Shown here: one piece after another, positions 27,375-29,474 of the stretch
Position numbering within the stretch: position 1 is the stretch's first letter
Layout of the letters: each line of letters begins with the position of its first letter
Assembly: GCA_018334595.1 (NCBI GenBank)
Contig: JAGXLQ010000001.1
Span: 1 to 29,474 of the forward strand
From: Candidatus Bipolaricaulota bacterium
Lineage (GTDB): Bacteria > Bipolaricaulota > Bipolaricaulia > M55B111
Length of the DNA: 29,474 bases
Reading direction: 5' to 3'
Position numbers and translations under genes: made by a program
The notes under the pieces: generated by a model
Database searches by the model: none
What the model was told of the DNA's origin: nothing
What the model saw: the letters and a program-made list of their open reading frames with translations, nothing else

Positions 27375-28058
27375 ATGATATTATCTGAACCGAAGCCCTG
27401 GGAAGAGATAGAGGGTTATCTGGAAGGCGACGATTCCGTATTCTTGCTCGGCTGTGATGGGTGTGACGCTGCCACTGGAGACGGCGGTGCAGAGAGAGTT
27501 GGGGAACTATCGGGGAAGCTTGACGAAGGAGGATGGAACGTCACGGGTACGAAGGTAATCGAGTTCCTTTGCAACAAGGCATTGGCGGGGATGAAGCTCG
27601 CACGGATTTCTGACTTAATTGAGGAGAGCGATTCGCTGCTGGTCTCCTGTTGTGGTATTGGTGTTCAGGCGGTGAGCAAGCTTGTGGATAAGCAGGTGCA
27701 CCCCGCCAACGACACCGTATCCATGGGGGACTTCCACGGCACCTGGCCGTCAGAGGAAACCTGTAAGAGGTGTGGTGAATGCCTGCTGGAATATACGGGA
27801 GGAATATGTCCGCTGACGATGTGTGTTAAGGGCCTGTTAAATGGGGCCTGTGGCGGGTCTTACGAAGGGAAATGCGAGGTAGAGCCGGATCGACCCTGCG
27901 GCTGGGAGCTAATCTACGAGAGGCTCAAGGACGTGGGCCGGCTGGACCTGATTGAGGAGTACAACCCCCCCAAGGCTAGGCAGAAATACCAGTTCGGAGT
28001 CCCTATGGAAAACAGGAACTCGCTCTACTGGGCAATTGAGGCGGAGGAGGGAGAATGA
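27375..28058 (+). CDS. metV: Methylene-THF reductase partner subunit MetV (MTHFR C-terminal Cys-rich family)
   Basis: GCDGC, SCCGIGVQ, CKRCGECLLEYTGGICPLTMCVKGLLNGACGG, KCEV...PCGW; it directly precedes metF. Confidence 0.88.
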   Translation: MILSEPKPWEEIEGYLEGDDSVFLLGCDGCDAATGDGGAERVGELSGKLDEGGWNVTGTKVIEFLCNKALAGMKLARISDLIEESDSLLVSCCGIGVQAVSKLVDKQVHPANDTVSMGDFHGTWPSEETCKRCGECLLEYTGGICPLTMCVKGLLNGACGGSYEGKCEVEPDRPCGWELIYERLKDVGRLDLIEEYNPPKARQKYQFGVPMENRNSLYWAIEAEEGE

Positions 28059-28930
28059 GCACGCTAAAGGACAAACTTGAAGCCGGAGAGTTTGCGATTA
28101 CATGTGAGGCGGGCCCGCCCAAGGGAGTAGACCTCGAGAACGAACTCAAGGAGGCGGAGGAGATCGCAGGCCTGATCGACGCGTTTAACGTCACCGACCT
28201 GCAGTCTTCCGCCATGCGGATGAGTTCAGTGGCCATGTGCAGACTGCTTGAGGAAAGGGGCCTGGAGACCGTCTACCAGATGACCTGCCGTGATAGGAAC
28301 AGGCTCGCTCTCCAGTCGTCCCTGCTTGGTGCCTGGGCACTGGGGATGGAGAACGTCCTGGCGTTGACCGGTGACTACACGACGCTCGGAGATCACCCCG
28401 ACGCGATGCCGGTATTTGACCTGGACTCGATCCAACTGTTAGAGACCATCGAGAGGTTGAACGGAGGAGAGGACTTGGTCGGAAACGAACTGAAGGGGTC
28501 TCCTCAGTTCTTTCCGGGCGCGGCCGCCAACCCTGGAGCCGATCCCCTTAAGCCGCAGATACTGAAGAGCAGGATGAAGGCCGATCACGGCGCCCGATTC
28601 TTCCAAACTCAGGCAGTTTACGATTCGGACGTATTTGCAAAGTTCATGGAAGAACTGAGGGACGCCGGCGTGGAGACCCCTGTAATGGTCGGTATCCTCC
28701 CGCTCAAGTCGGCGGGGATGGCCAGATTCATGGACGCCAACATCGCGGGGGTAGTAATTCCGGACGAGGTCATCAAGGAACTGACCGATGCCTCCGATAC
28801 CGTTCAGAAGAGTCTTGAGATCTGTTCCCGAGTGATAAACGAAACGGCAGACCTCTGTGAGGGAGTCCATTTGATGCCGATGGGATGGGAGGAGTACGTA
28901 CCGGACATTCTTGACGGGACGGACCTTTAA
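28055..28930 (+). CDS. metF: 5,10-methylenetetrahydrofolate reductase, flavin subunit MetF (MetV-associated type)
   Basis: GEFAITCEAGPPKG, NVTD...MRMSS, YQMTCRDRNR, LALTGD, FQTQAVYD, GILPLKS; ATGA overlap with metV. Confidence 0.93.
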   Translation: MSTLKDKLEAGEFAITCEAGPPKGVDLENELKEAEEIAGLIDAFNVTDLQSSAMRMSSVAMCRLLEERGLETVYQMTCRDRNRLALQSSLLGAWALGMENVLALTGDYTTLGDHPDAMPVFDLDSIQLLETIERLNGGEDLVGNELKGSPQFFPGAAANPGADPLKPQILKSRMKADHGARFFQTQAVYDSDVFAKFMEELRDAGVETPVMVGILPLKSAGMARFMDANIAGVVIPDEVIKELTDASDTVQKSLEICSRVINETADLCEGVHLMPMGWEEYVPDILDGTDL

Positions 28931-28973
28931 TTGAGGTGAAGAAGTAGCTTATTGTGCCCGGAAAGGTTGTTGT

Positions 28974-29007
28974 ATAACGGTCGACGGGGTGACTCGTCGA
29001 CCGTTAT
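28974..29007. terminator. Probable bidirectional terminator between metF and the histidine kinase
   Basis: Perfect 13-bp inverted repeat ATAACGGTCGACG (28974-28986) / CGTCGACCGTTAT (28995-29007) between convergent genes. Confidence 0.75.
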
Positions 29008-29474
29008 TATTCGTCAAAGTTTTCTATGGTGGGAAGAGTTACCGTAAAGACGGAGCCACTATCCTCCTTGCTCTTTACCGATATCTTTCCTCCGTGCGCT
29101 TCGACGATTTCCTTGGCGATGGTTAGACCAAGTCCGGTCCCTCCGGTCCCCCGGGACCGGGATTTATCTATCCTGTAGAAACGGTCAAATATGCGTTGCT
29201 GGTCTTCAGATGATATCCCTATACCGGTATCAATAACGTGCAGCACGACTACCTCTCCCTCTGGCCTTACGCTTATGGTTATCTTGCCACCGGGACGGGT
29301 ATGGGTCAGCGCGTTGTCCAGGAGGTTTCGGATGACCTGCGATATCCGTTCCGGATCGGCTGTAATTAGCGTAGAATCTGGAAGGTGTGAATTAATTGTA
29401 ACCTCCTTCTCCATGGCCTTGTTCTCCACGGCTTTTATCGCGTTGGAGGCCACGTCCTCCAGGACTATCTGCTT
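29007..29474 (-). CDS. Sensor histidine kinase, C-terminal HATPase domain (5' truncated by window)
   Basis: N box QVIRNLLDNA, G1 box DTGIGI, F box IFDRFYR, G2 box GTGLGLTIAKEIVEAHGG. Confidence 0.93.
   Translation of the reverse strand, partial: KQIVLEDVASNAIKAVENKAMEKEVTINSHLPDSTLITADPERISQVIRNLLDNALTHTRPGGKITISVRPEGEVVVLHVIDTGIGISSEDQQRIFDRFYRIDKSRSRGTGGTGLGLTIAKEIVEAHGGKISVKSKEDSGSVFTVTLPTIENFDE

Noticed and set aside
27346-27377. Possible selenocysteine or read-through at the TGA after the final His of the hydrogenase
   Set aside because: The Sec position (DP-C) is TGT, a second TGA follows two codons later, and no SECIS-like hairpin is evident.

Overview
A 29.5-kb bacterial chromosomal window, mostly housekeeping. 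No mobile elements, prophage or CRISPR array were seen. Order: prfB 3' end; dppB-dppC-dppA-type peptide ABC genes (-); a stand-alone ftsA (-); eno-ftsB/divIC-dnaE-yvcK-PIN/ATPase/KH (PINA-like) (+); a converging unit of tRNA-Ser(GGA), large Alu-type SRP RNA, thpR, archease and rtcB (-); topA (-); a secreted lamin-tail-domain protein (+); a short RpoD-family sigma factor (-); a patatin (-); CIRCE-controlled groES-groEL (-); a tightly coupled operon of [NiFe]-hydrogenase small and large subunits with metV-metF (+); and the 3' end of a histidine kinase (-). The SRP RNA and tRNA are not in the ORF track and were read from the sequence. The proteins are strongly acidic, FtsA has a Thermotoga-like motif, and there are acetogen-type MetVF and archaeal-type genes. 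Together these suggest a halophilic anaerobe, possibly Bipolaricaulota (Acetothermia); this is inference, not tested. Best candidates for an undescribed system: (1) a signal-less, anchor-less group-1-like [NiFe]-hydrogenase translationally coupled to MetVF, possibly an H2-linked methylene-THF reductase; (2) a tRNA-SRP RNA-RNA repair transcription unit facing an archaeal-type PINA gene.
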